Assembly (NCBI GenBank): GCA_965229995.1
Contig: OZ245933.1
Location: 16,792-80,791 of the forward strand
Direction: 5' to 3'
DNA: 64,000 nt
Source: Thermodesulfobacteriota bacterium
Lineage (GTDB): Bacteria > Desulfobacterota_D > UBA1144 > Nemesobacterales > Nemesobacteraceae
Shown: positions 1 to 9,182 of the stretch, piece by piece
Layout: each line of letters opens with the position of its first letter
Position numbering within the stretch: position 1 is the first letter of the stretch
The notes under the pieces: generated by a model
Told to the model about the DNA's origin: nothing
The model's database searches: none
Seen by the model: the letters and a program-made list of their open reading frames with translations, nothing else
Translations under genes and position numbers: made by a program

Positions 1-2290
1 TGCCGATGTCTGCGTCGCTCAGATAAACAGCATCGAAAAACATCCAAACGCCGACAGGCTGAGTATCTGTGATGTTACGGACGGACAAACCCGCTACGTG
101 GTTGTCTGCGGGGCGGACAACATGAAAGAGGGGGACAAGGTCGCTTTTGCCAAGGCGGGTACGGTTCTTCCGGCTACCTCGAAGTTTCCGGAAGGCATCA
201 AGATGAAGCGCTCGAAAATCCGCGGCCAAGATTCGGAAGGAATGCTCTGTTCCGCGGACGAAATGGGTCTCTCGGGCAGCGAAGACGGGATAATGATTCT
301 CTCCCCCAAGGCTGAACTTGGAACCAGTATGAGCGACGAGATCGGCTACGACGGCGTTATCTTCGAGGTAGGAATTACTCCCAACCGTCCTGACTGCATG
401 AGTATTTTCGGGATCGCAAGAGAAGTCTCGGCAATACTGGGCCAGAATCTTCAGAAACCCAGTTTCTCCATAAAAGAGCAGGGAGAGGACATTTCAGGAA
501 GGGTCACGGTAGAGGTTGGGGACGCGGAGGCGTGTCCCAGATACTGCTGCCGGCTCATTGAAGGAGTCAGAATAGAGCCCTCCCCCGCATGGCTCCAGGA
601 AAGGCTTGAGTACTGCGGAATCCGCTCCGTTAACAATGTTGTTGACGTTACGAACTTCATTCTGCTTGAACAGGGACAGCCTCTTCACGCTTTTGATTAC
701 GACAAGCTTGATCGGGGCCGGATTTCCGTTAGAAAAGCCAGTGCCGGAGAAACGATAGAAACGCTTGACGGAGTCGAAAGAAAACTGCTCGGCGATGATC
801 TGGTTATCTGCAGCGGGGATTCCCCCGTCGCGCTTGCCGGGGTCATGGGCGGCGTCGGCACCGAGATAGAGGATGCGACGAGCAGCGTTCTGCTTGAGGC
901 CGCTTACTTTTCTCCCGTGGGCATAAGGAAAACGTCCAAGCGAAACGGCCTTAAGAGTGAATCTTCGAGCAGGTTTGAAAAAGGCATTGACATAAACAAC
1001 GTTTCGTTTGCCCTTGACCGCGCGGCCGAACTTATAAGCCGCCTATCCGGAGGAACGGTAGCCAAGGGGATTATCGACGTATATCCCGACCCCGTGAGCC
1101 CCAGGGAGATTTCCCTGTCAGTTGACAGGGTCTGTGGCCTGATCGGCATATCCACCGATTCCCAAGAAATAGCGGAGCTTCTCGAGAGCCTTGAGTTTGA
1201 GGTTCTCAGCCTCTCCGTAGACACGCTTTTGCTTCGAGCTCCGACTTTCAGGGTGGACATAGAGCGTGAGGTAGATATCATCGAGGAGGTTGCGCGTCTT
1301 CTGGGTTACGACAATATTCCCTCCGTCCTGCCGGAGGTTCCAATGGTAGCTAAGAAACCCAACGTGATAACCGTCATGGAGAAGAGGCTAAGGGACATTT
1401 TCGTTTCCTACGGTTTTCTCGAGGCTATAAACTACAGTTTCGAGTCCCCTGAACTTCTCAGGACGTTTGGCTTTGAGGAGTCGATGCGCGTTATGAACCC
1501 GATATCGCGGGAACTTTCGGAAATGAGAACTAGCCTTCTTCCCTCTCTTGTGAAAAATGTGAGACTCAACCTCTCGCGGCAGAATCAGGACGTAAGGCTT
1601 TTCGAGTCCGCCAAGGTTTTTTACCCCAAAGATATGGACCAGCTCCCAAACGAAGTGAAGAAATTCGCCGCGATTGCGACCGGGAAAAGGGCCCCTGAGA
1701 TATGGAACGGGGGAAAATTCGATTTCTTCGACATCAAAAGCGTGCTTGAAAGAAGCCTGGAGGTCCTTTCGGTGGATTCCAAGATAGACTTTGAGTCCAT
1801 TTCCTCTGACCATGGATTTCTATGGCCGGGGAAATCTTCCGCCGTGCTGGTTGACGAAAACGTTCTGGGGGTGGTCGGGGAGCTTCACCCGCATCTTCTG
1901 GAAAAACTCGAGATAAGCGAAAGCGTATATGTGCTTGAACTCGACTTATCTCTTCTCTCGGTCGTCTACACGAGTTTTAAGAGAAAATTTTCCCCGCTTC
2001 CCAAATTTCCATCCCTTCGCCGCGACATAGCGCTTGTGGTCGATGACATAGTTCCTGTGCGGGAAATTCTTTCAGTTATAAAAAAGGCAGATTTTGGTAT
2101 AATAGAAAATGCTTGGGTGTTTGACGTTTACAAGGGAAATTCCCTTGAGGAAGGAAAAAAGAGCGTCGCGCTGTCCCTAATTCTTCGAAACAGGGAGAGG
2201 ACCCTTACCGACGAGGATGCGAACAGGGTTCAGCAGGATGTTCTCAAAAGTTTGGAAAAAACGATAGGAGCCGAATTGCGTTCGGTTTAA
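1..2290 (+). CDS. pheT: Phenylalanine--tRNA ligase beta subunit (5' truncated at window edge)
   Basis: The frame is already open at nt 2 (ADVCVAQINSIEKHPNADRLSICDV..., the tRNA-binding domain). B3/B4 and B5 region and the C-terminal FDV..KG..L..GKKS anticodon-binding-like tail are present. An ihfA-like gene follows immediately, as in the classic pheST-ihfA arrangement. Confidence 0.9.
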   Translation, partial: ADVCVAQINSIEKHPNADRLSICDVTDGQTRYVVVCGADNMKEGDKVAFAKAGTVLPATSKFPEGIKMKRSKIRGQDSEGMLCSADEMGLSGSEDGIMILSPKAELGTSMSDEIGYDGVIFEVGITPNRPDCMSIFGIAREVSAILGQNLQKPSFSIKEQGEDISGRVTVEVGDAEACPRYCCRLIEGVRIEPSPAWLQERLEYCGIRSVNNVVDVTNFILLEQGQPLHAFDYDKLDRGRISVRKASAGETIETLDGVERKLLGDDLVICSGDSPVALAGVMGGVGTEIEDATSSVLLEAAYFSPVGIRKTSKRNGLKSESSSRFEKGIDINNVSFALDRAAELISRLSGGTVAKGIIDVYPDPVSPREISLSVDRVCGLIGISTDSQEIAELLESLEFEVLSLSVDTLLLRAPTFRVDIEREVDIIEEVARLLGYDNIPSVLPEVPMVAKKPNVITVMEKRLRDIFVSYGFLEAINYSFESPELLRTFGFEESMRVMNPISRELSEMRTSLLPSLVKNVRLNLSRQNQDVRLFESAKVFYPKDMDQLPNEVKKFAAIATGKRAPEIWNGGKFDFFDIKSVLERSLEVLSVDSKIDFESISSDHGFLWPGKSSAVLVDENVLGVVGELHPHLLEKLEISESVYVLELDLSLLSVVYTSFKRKFSPLPKFPSLRRDIALVVDDIVPVREILSVIKKADFGIIENAWVFDVYKGNSLEEGKKSVALSLILRNRERTLTDEDANRVQQDVLKSLEKTIGAELRSV

Positions 2291-2307
2291 AAAAAGGGGG
2301 GATTTTC

Positions 2308-2595
2308 ATGACAAAGAAGGATCTGGCTGGTGTTTTGTACTCGGAGATAGGGTTTTCAAGAAGAGAATCAGCTGAAATAGTCAACTTTTTTTTCGAGCTG
2401 ATAAGAGAGAGGCTTATGGCCGGCGAAGAGGTGAAACTCCCCGGGTTCGGAACCTTCAGGGTCACGAGAAGGAAATCCCGGATAGGAAGAAATCCCTCCA
2501 CAGGAGAGGAAGTAAGCATACCTTCCCGCCTCACGGTCGTTTTCAAACCCAGCAGGTTTCTAAGGAAAAAGATTGACCAGGAACGGGGGGATTAA
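2308..2595 (+). CDS. ihfA: HU/IHF family DNA-binding protein (integration host factor alpha-like)
   Basis: 95 aa. Contains the LPGFGTFRV beta-arm motif typical of HU/IHF. Sits directly downstream of pheT. Confidence 0.7.
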   Translation: MTKKDLAGVLYSEIGFSRRESAEIVNFFFELIRERLMAGEEVKLPGFGTFRVTRRKSRIGRNPSTGEEVSIPSRLTVVFKPSRFLRKKIDQERGD

Positions 2596-3274
2596 AATAC
2601 CAGAGTCAAAACCGCCCCAATCTTCTTTTTTCAAGCAGAGTTTCCTCGCCGGCATCCTGATTATTGTTCCTTTCGGGGTGACCATTTTCGTCCTCTACAA
2701 GCTGATAAAGTGGATGCTTTTCTTTTTCAGCAACGGCCCCGCCGGAATCATCCGCCACTTCGTAGATGTCCCGCCTTACGTGTTTCAGGGGATATCTTTT
2801 GTCGTAGGAATCGTGGCCACCCTGCTGCTGGTCGTTTTCCTGGGGGCCGTGACCAGGAACTTCGTCGGCAGAAGAATGCTCCTGTTCGGCGAATCGCTTA
2901 TCTCGAAGATTCCGCTTGCCAGACCCTTCTACGTGGGCGTAAAGCAGGTAGTGCAGACGCTTTTTTTCACCTCCCAGCTGCAGAGCATGAAAAGAGTCGT
3001 GCTGGTCGAGTACCCGAGAAAAGGAATCCGCGCCATAGCTTTCGTAACGGGAGTTACCGAAGCCGGCAGGGGACATAACGCGACAGACCAAAAGCTCGTC
3101 AATCTGTTCGTTCCCACGACGCCGAATCCGACAAGCGGTATTTACATAATGGTTCCGGAAGAGGATCTGCAGGAACTTGATATTTCCGTGGAAGACGCGT
3201 TTCGGCTTATAGTTTCCGCCGGGATTTCTCAAGGCGATTCTGATGTTTTTGGGCAAGATAAGAAAAACGGTTGA
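2573..3274 (+). CDS. DUF502 family membrane protein
   Basis: N-terminal TM helices (GILIIVPFGVTIFVLYKLI). Contains the PTTPNPTSG signature characteristic of DUF502/COG2928. The true start may lie a few codons downstream because the ORF overlaps ihfA. Confidence 0.55.
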   Translation: MTRNGGIKIPESKPPQSSFFKQSFLAGILIIVPFGVTIFVLYKLIKWMLFFFSNGPAGIIRHFVDVPPYVFQGISFVVGIVATLLLVVFLGAVTRNFVGRRMLLFGESLISKIPLARPFYVGVKQVVQTLFFTSQLQSMKRVVLVEYPRKGIRAIAFVTGVTEAGRGHNATDQKLVNLFVPTTPNPTSGIYIMVPEEDLQELDISVEDAFRLIVSAGISQGDSDVFGQDKKNG

Positions 3275-4658
3275 CTCTTTCGGGATGCTCAGTCCCGGGG
3301 ACGTTATTGTTGCGGGAGTGTCCGGAGGATCAGACTCCATGGCGCTTCTTTTCGCTCTTTATGACCTGCGGGAGCTTTATCTGGATATTGACGTGATCGT
3401 TTCCCACGTCAACCACGGGCTCAGGGGCGCAGAATCGGATGAAGACGCCGAGTACGTAAGGGAAGCGGCCGGCCGGCTTGGCTTTTCGTTTGAATGCGTA
3501 CGGGTTGACACAGAGGGCTTCAGAAAAAAACGCGGACTTTCCCTTGAAGACGCCGCCAGGGAGCTTCGCTACGACTTTTTTAACGATATTCTCGCGAAAC
3601 GCTCGGCTCAGAGAATCGCCACGGCGCACACCCTTAACGACCAGGCAGAGACAGTCATAATGAGACTCATAAGGGGAAGCGGTTCCCGGGGTCTTGCCGG
3701 AATAAGACCCTCGGTCGGCAACATAATACGCCCGCTTATAAACGTCACCAAGCTTGAAGCCAGGGAGTACCTTCAGTCAAAAGGCGTGTCCTGGAGGGAA
3801 GACTCGACCAACAGTTCGAACGAATTTCTAAGAAACAGGATAAGAAACGAGCTTATTCCCCTGCTTGAGAGCTACAATCCTGCCATCGAGCAGGTTCTCT
3901 CCCGGGTGGCGGCGGTCTGCGCCGCGGAGGCGGATTTTATTTCGGCCGAAGCCGAGAGGAAATTCAAGGAACTCGCCCGTGTTGTGGACGAAGGTGTGCT
4001 AGGAGACACGGAAAAACTTCTTCGCGAACCCCCGGCGATCAGGTTCTCAGTAATGAGAAAATCAATTTTGGCCGTAAAAGGAGACCTTAACTCGGTTTCC
4101 GCCAAGCATCTTTTTTCGATGGACGAGGTGATGCGCTCGGGTGAGTCCTCGGCAGAGGTGAACCTTCCCGGCGGAGTCGTTTTTCATACGGGCCACGGGG
4201 TTTTCTTTTTCACGCGCGAAGATGAGTTACGCGAATTCCCGCCGACCGAGATAAAAAACCATGGAACTCATAGAGTCTCTCGGGACCTTGAGGTCACAGT
4301 TGAGCTTACAGACGACTCCTCCCTCTGGGGTGCACCCGATGTCGGGTACTTTTCGCCCGAAAAAGTCGGCTTCCCCATAGCGCTTAGGAGCTTTTCTGAG
4401 GGAGACAGGTTCGTTCCGCTTGGAATGAGGGGAGCCAAGAAGCTCAAGGATTTTTTCATTGACGAAAAAATACCGAGATTCCTCAGAAAAAAAGTGCCGG
4501 TTTTTGAAACCCGCGACGGAATAATCTGGGTGGGCGGGCTAAGAACGGACAACAGATTCAAGGCGGATCGGATGAAAGGGCCGTGGCTTAGGATAAGGGT
4601 CTGCGGTTCTTCGCAGAAGCTGCTTGACCTTGCGGTTAAAAGTCCTAAAGCGTCCTAG
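3243..4658 (+). CDS. tilS: tRNA(Ile)-lysidine synthetase
   Basis: PP-loop ATPase motif SGGSDS near the N-terminus (VIVAGVSGGSDSMALL). Length 471 aa, typical for TilS including the C-terminal domain. Confidence 0.85.
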   Translation: MFLGKIRKTVDSFGMLSPGDVIVAGVSGGSDSMALLFALYDLRELYLDIDVIVSHVNHGLRGAESDEDAEYVREAAGRLGFSFECVRVDTEGFRKKRGLSLEDAARELRYDFFNDILAKRSAQRIATAHTLNDQAETVIMRLIRGSGSRGLAGIRPSVGNIIRPLINVTKLEAREYLQSKGVSWREDSTNSSNEFLRNRIRNELIPLLESYNPAIEQVLSRVAAVCAAEADFISAEAERKFKELARVVDEGVLGDTEKLLREPPAIRFSVMRKSILAVKGDLNSVSAKHLFSMDEVMRSGESSAEVNLPGGVVFHTGHGVFFFTREDELREFPPTEIKNHGTHRVSRDLEVTVELTDDSSLWGAPDVGYFSPEKVGFPIALRSFSEGDRFVPLGMRGAKKLKDFFIDEKIPRFLRKKVPVFETRDGIIWVGGLRTDNRFKADRMKGPWLRIRVCGSSQKLLDLAVKSPKAS

Positions 4659-5599
4659 GAATCCTCCCCAAGTCCGCTTTTAGCGATGTAACACGCTCCC
4701 AAGACCCCTGAGTTGTCTCCCAAAACAGCTTTTTTTATCTGAAGCTTCCTCTCCGCCCCGCCAAGACACCTTCTTTCGGCTTCCTTGCGGGTTTTCTCGA
4801 TAAAAAGCGGCCAGGCGCCCGAGAGCCCCCCGCCCACAACCACTGTTTTTACGTCCAGGACGTTTACGAGGATCGATATTCCCACTCCCAGGGTTGCCCC
4901 GAAATCGTTCCATACGCCGATTGCCGCCTGGTCTTTTTCGTGCGCAAGCTCCGCCAGGCGCTCAGGGATGGCCGATTCTTCGGTGCCGGCGAGTTTTTCA
5001 CGGAGCTTCGGGTGCTCGCGGACGATTCTTTTTATCGCTACCTGCGAAACGTAGGCCTCAATGCAGCCTCTTCCCCCGCAGGCGCACCCGGGTCCCGAAG
5101 GGTCGATGGTCATGTGCCCCACTTCCCCGGCGAAGCCGTCTTCCCCCGACCAAAGCTTGCCGTCAAGGACTATTCCGCCTCCGAATCCGGTTCCCAGGGT
5201 TATCATTACCATTGAATTTGAGCCTCTGCCCGCCCCCGCCCGGTATTCTCCGAGAGCCGCGCAGGAAGCGTCGTTTTCAATAAAAACGGGCGTTTCGGTT
5301 CCAATTCTGTCCGAAAGGTCTGAGGTAAACGGAAAATCCTTCGTGTTGGCTATGTTCGGGGCTTGGACGAGCATACCGTTTCTTCGGTCGACGGTTCCCG
5401 GTATTCCTATCCCGATTGCCGATATTTCCTCCCCGGCGAATCCTTTTATGAAGCCGGCAAGGTTCTCCATGAGCGGCGAAATACCCATATGGGCGTCCGA
5501 GCGGGTTTTTTTCTCCCCGAGCATGTCTCCATTCTCGGAAATGATTTTCCCCCTGAGGTTGGTTCCCCCTATGTCTATGCCAAGGAATTTCCGCTTCAT
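4655..5599 (-). CDS. ROK family sugar kinase (glucokinase-like)
   Basis: N-terminal LGIDIGGTNLRG ATP-binding motif and the CxCGxxGCxE zinc motif of the ROK family (GPGCACGGRGCIEAY). Confidence 0.8.
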   Translation of the reverse strand: MKRKFLGIDIGGTNLRGKIISENGDMLGEKKTRSDAHMGISPLMENLAGFIKGFAGEEISAIGIGIPGTVDRRNGMLVQAPNIANTKDFPFTSDLSDRIGTETPVFIENDASCAALGEYRAGAGRGSNSMVMITLGTGFGGGIVLDGKLWSGEDGFAGEVGHMTIDPSGPGCACGGRGCIEAYVSQVAIKRIVREHPKLREKLAGTEESAIPERLAELAHEKDQAAIGVWNDFGATLGVGISILVNVLDVKTVVVGGGLSGAWPLFIEKTRKEAERRCLGGAERKLQIKKAVLGDNSGVLGACYIAKSGLGEDS

Positions 5600-5740
5600 T
5601 TTCCGTTTTTAAATCGTGAAAAACCGCAGGCGGCTGCTACCGGGCCGCCCCGGAACTTCTATTTTACCCTGTCTTTTCGGAAAAATATCGACCGCGGCTG
5701 CGCCTGAAGGCACAGGGTTTCTCCCGCTGCCATAGGTTTT

Positions 5741-7126
5741 TTGCGCAAGACGCGTGTAACAGGGTATAAACTTACTCTTATCCGCAAGAGTCTCTCATCG
5801 TTATTTCCTCTTCTGGAGAACCAACAGGTCGAAATGAACCTAAAAGCCGCAAGCATACTCTCAGCCGTTTTCCTGCTTTTTCTCTACATTTCCTGTGAAA
5901 GACCTCCCGAGGTTCCGGGCCCCGAGTCCATGCGCCCTGTCCCCTTCGTTCCGGAAATGGACGATGACCTTTTCCCGGAGGGACTCAAGGAGTCTATCGG
6001 CGCAAGCGTTGAGAAACTTTCGGAAACAAAGGATTCCCAGCTCGTTTTCGGACAGAAGACCGTTTCCGCGGGGGATTACGCCCTGGCCCTTAATTATCTT
6101 CTCGGCAAGCTTGAAACGGGCGTGACCAAGGATGATTTCATAAAAGACGTGAGGGAGAATTTTGATTTCTACGGCTTTCCGGGAAAGCCCTGGGGCAAGG
6201 TTTTCATAACCTCTTACTTCTCTCCGGTGCTTCGCGCTTCCCAGGCGAGAACCCCGAAACATACTCACCCCCTTTACCGGGTGCCCGACGATCTGGTGCG
6301 TCTCAGAATGGACAGGTTCATCAAACGGTTCGAGAGATTTTCGTTTCTTGAGGACGACAAGATCGCCCGGGGAAAGCTGCAGTCACTTTACGGAAGGGTT
6401 GAGCAGGGAGGTCCGGGCAGAACTTCTGACTTCGTCCCCTATTATTCCCGAAGCGAAATTGATTCCGGGGGAAAGCTCAGGGGGAAAAAGCTCGAGATCG
6501 CGTGGGTTGATCCCATCGATGGATTCTTCCTTCAGATCCAGGGCTCCGGCAAAATAAGGTTCGCGGACGGAGAGGAGCGGGTCATAGGCTACGCCGCCCA
6601 GAACGGACATGATTACGTGGCTATAGGGAAATTTCTTTTCGAGTGGATTCCGAAGGAAAAAATGAGCCTTTGGGCCATAGAAAACCACCTAAGATCCCTC
6701 TCCTACGCGGAGAGGATGAATATCCTTTACAAAAACCCGAGCTATATTTTCTTCCGCAGACTTCCCGGCAAGCCCCAGACCTCTTTCGGAACGGAAGTCG
6801 TTGACGGCCGGACCATAGCGACGGACAAAGCCTTTTTCCCCAGGGGATCTCTCGTGTTCATGGAATTTGAAAGGCCGGTTTTCGAAACTTCTTCTTCCGT
6901 TGAGCCGTCGCTTTGGAAGCCGACCTCCCGCTTCGTGGTAAACCACGACAGCGGAGGAGCGATAAAGGGCGCCAGGCGAGTCGACCTTTTCTGGGGGGAA
7001 GGAAAGGACGCATCCCGTCACGCGGGAGTCATGAAAAACTGGGGAAAATTCTTCTATCTGGTGCCGAAGGGGGAATTTCTCGTGGCGCTTAGGGAAAAAA
7101 ATGGCGGGCGGAGCCCAGGAGGATAA
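5741..7126 (+). CDS. mltA: Membrane-bound lytic murein transglycosylase A (MltA-like)
   Basis: N-terminal signal/lipoprotein-like segment. C-terminal 3D-domain motif NHDSGGAIKGARRVDLFWGEG. Overall MltA-like architecture at 461 aa. Confidence 0.65.
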   Translation: MRKTRVTGYKLTLIRKSLSSLFPLLENQQVEMNLKAASILSAVFLLFLYISCERPPEVPGPESMRPVPFVPEMDDDLFPEGLKESIGASVEKLSETKDSQLVFGQKTVSAGDYALALNYLLGKLETGVTKDDFIKDVRENFDFYGFPGKPWGKVFITSYFSPVLRASQARTPKHTHPLYRVPDDLVRLRMDRFIKRFERFSFLEDDKIARGKLQSLYGRVEQGGPGRTSDFVPYYSRSEIDSGGKLRGKKLEIAWVDPIDGFFLQIQGSGKIRFADGEERVIGYAAQNGHDYVAIGKFLFEWIPKEKMSLWAIENHLRSLSYAERMNILYKNPSYIFFRRLPGKPQTSFGTEVVDGRTIATDKAFFPRGSLVFMEFERPVFETSSSVEPSLWKPTSRFVVNHDSGGAIKGARRVDLFWGEGKDASRHAGVMKNWGKFFYLVPKGEFLVALREKNGGRSPGG

Positions 7127-8063
7127 GATGGCTGACAAAAAAACGCTTACATGTTCCGAGATGTCTTCTCTTAGCGGAGAGCACCTCTACGGAACCGCTG
7201 TCGAGGTAGAGAACTGGTTTGCACTCGAGTACTCCGGGATATGGAGAAGAGACGCTTTTGCTCAAAGCGCGCTGCCCCAAGAGGTAAGGGAGCACCTGGG
7301 AGAGTTTCTTTCGTCTTTTGAGCAATCCAGGATTCAGCTGATAGGAGGGCCGCGCCCGGGCGAGGGCAACCCCGTTTTTTACTACGCGCGCTCTTCTGAG
7401 TTTTCCCCGAAACTCTACAAATTCGAAATAGAAACTTACGAGGACCTTCTCTCGATAGATCTTCCCGAGCTTGTTCGCACCGGGGAAATAGAGAGATTCT
7501 CCTGTGCGGAGAAGCTTGTTCTGGTCTGCACCCACGGAGCGCGCGACGGATGCTGCGCGGTTGCGGGATCCGGAGTTTACAAGGAACTTCTCAAAAAAGA
7601 TGGAATCTGCGCATGGAGAACCACCCATGTGGGAGCCCATCGCTTCGCCGCCAACCTCGTCATGCTTCCCGAGGGGATATATTACGGAAGGGTAAACGGC
7701 GAGAATCTGGAAGATGTCATTTCCTCCCATCTGCGGGGCGAGATTTTTCTTGACTGCTACAGGGGAAGGTCGTGTTTTTCCCAGACTTCGCAGGTCTCGG
7801 ACTATTTTTTGAGAAAAGAGATAGGGAAATTAGGCATTTACGATATAAGGTGGGAATTTGAGAAGGACCGCGAGGACTACACTGCGGCCGAATTCGGGGT
7901 GGAGGGGGAAACCACGGTTTACAGCATAAACACCGTGGTTATGAACCAGGCCATAAAACTCAAGACAAGCTGCGATGAACCGGAGGTAAAGGGACTGCCT
8001 CAATTCTATTTCTACAGCCTGATACCCTATGAGCCGCCGGTCAGGGAAGAAGAAGACTCCTGA
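7101..8063 (+). CDS. Sucrase/ferredoxin-like (thioredoxin-like [2Fe-2S] ferredoxin fold) family protein
   Basis: The motif LVCTHGARDGCCAVAGSG and a downstream H..VGAHRFA segment resemble the Suc_Fer-like family. The family assignment is from memory of the motif and has not been checked by search. Confidence 0.45.
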   Translation: MAGGAQEDKMADKKTLTCSEMSSLSGEHLYGTAVEVENWFALEYSGIWRRDAFAQSALPQEVREHLGEFLSSFEQSRIQLIGGPRPGEGNPVFYYARSSEFSPKLYKFEIETYEDLLSIDLPELVRTGEIERFSCAEKLVLVCTHGARDGCCAVAGSGVYKELLKKDGICAWRTTHVGAHRFAANLVMLPEGIYYGRVNGENLEDVISSHLRGEIFLDCYRGRSCFSQTSQVSDYFLRKEIGKLGIYDIRWEFEKDREDYTAAEFGVEGETTVYSINTVVMNQAIKLKTSCDEPEVKGLPQFYFYSLIPYEPPVREEEDS

Positions 8064-8077
8064 TCACGCCGGTTTTC

Positions 8078-9031
8078 CTACTGCGAAGCGCGGCGGCGTC
8101 TAAGGGATTCGGTGAAATCAAGAATCTCCCGCGAAAGACGTTTTGAGCTTTGCTCGTCGGGAATTATGGTGTCGGTAACGAAAACGCTTATTCCAAGCGC
8201 TTCTATGGCGGCTGCCTCTCCCACGTCCGAACGGTCGATTACGAGCACGTCCAGAAAATCGGCGTAAAGCCTCGCCACCTGGGTTGAAGAAGCCTCCATC
8301 CCTAACCCCCTCATGAGCTTGTCTGCGGGGCCCTTAAGGGGTTTTCCGCGCATAAGGGGGCTTACGGCGACCTTGAGTACCGGCGTGCCGACAAGCCTTT
8401 CCCTTATCCCGCTTATCTCCAGTATGGGGCCGATGCTGATTATGGGGTTGCTCGGGCATATGATCACAAGATTCGCGCCGTCTATCGAGTCAAGAACCGA
8501 AGGTGCCGCGGAGGCCTCGCGCGCGCCTTTTATTTTAACCCCGCGCACCCCGGGGCGCATCGCGTGCTTTATGTAGTATTCCTGAAAATGCATTTCGCCC
8601 TCGTCCGTCTCTATCCATGTCTCGACCCTCTGGTCACTCATGGGCAGTATGCGCATTTCCCCGAGGCCGAAGCGGTGCGCTATCTTGGCGGTGGATTCGC
8701 TCAGAGTCCCGCCTGCGTCGCTTATGGATTTTCTGAACAGGTGAGTGGCAAGATCCCTGTCGCCGAGTCCGAACCATGTCGGAAAACCGAATCTCGCGGC
8801 GGCTCCCAGAAACTCGAACGTATCGCCGTGAAGTCCCCACCCCTTTTTTTCGTCTATGCTTCCCGAAAGCCTGTAGATTATGGTGTCTATGTCAGGAGAG
8901 ACCCTCATCCCGTAAAGATCCATGTCATCCGCCGTGTTCACTATTACGGTGAGTTCCGAGGGGGGAATTACCCCCGTGAGTCCCTTAAGGAATTTTGCGG
9001 CTCCGCTTCCGCCGCCAAGTGCGGTTATCAT
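8078..9031 (-). CDS. CofD-like 2-phospho-L-lactate transferase / UPF0052 family protein
   Basis: N-terminus LGGGSGAAKFLKGL...TVIVNTADD...SPDIDT closely follows the CofD pattern (SGGTGtpKLlqGl..vvVNTgDD..SPDlDt). Length 317 aa. Confidence 0.6.
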   Translation of the reverse strand: MITALGGGSGAAKFLKGLTGVIPPSELTVIVNTADDMDLYGMRVSPDIDTIIYRLSGSIDEKKGWGLHGDTFEFLGAAARFGFPTWFGLGDRDLATHLFRKSISDAGGTLSESTAKIAHRFGLGEMRILPMSDQRVETWIETDEGEMHFQEYYIKHAMRPGVRGVKIKGAREASAAPSVLDSIDGANLVIICPSNPIISIGPILEISGIRERLVGTPVLKVAVSPLMRGKPLKGPADKLMRGLGMEASSTQVARLYADFLDVLVIDRSDVGEAAAIEALGISVFVTDTIIPDEQSSKRLSREILDFTESLRRRRASQ

Positions 9032-9182
9032 CTGAGTTTGTTTGTGCCCCCGGGCATTTCACCTGTAACCTATTTAAGCGCTTTATCCGTGTCAAGCCGA
9101 AGCGGCGCGCACCCCCTTCGGGCGGCTTGAAAGTTGATACCGGCTCGTATAGAGTTTAGTTCGTCTTTTCAAGGAAACCCCG

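Noticed and set aside
2606-3340. 244-aa ORF antisense to the DUF502 and tilS genes.
   Set aside because: Entirely embedded opposite two well-supported genes. Arg/Gly/Pro-rich low-complexity translation typical of a GC-rich antisense frame. No motifs.
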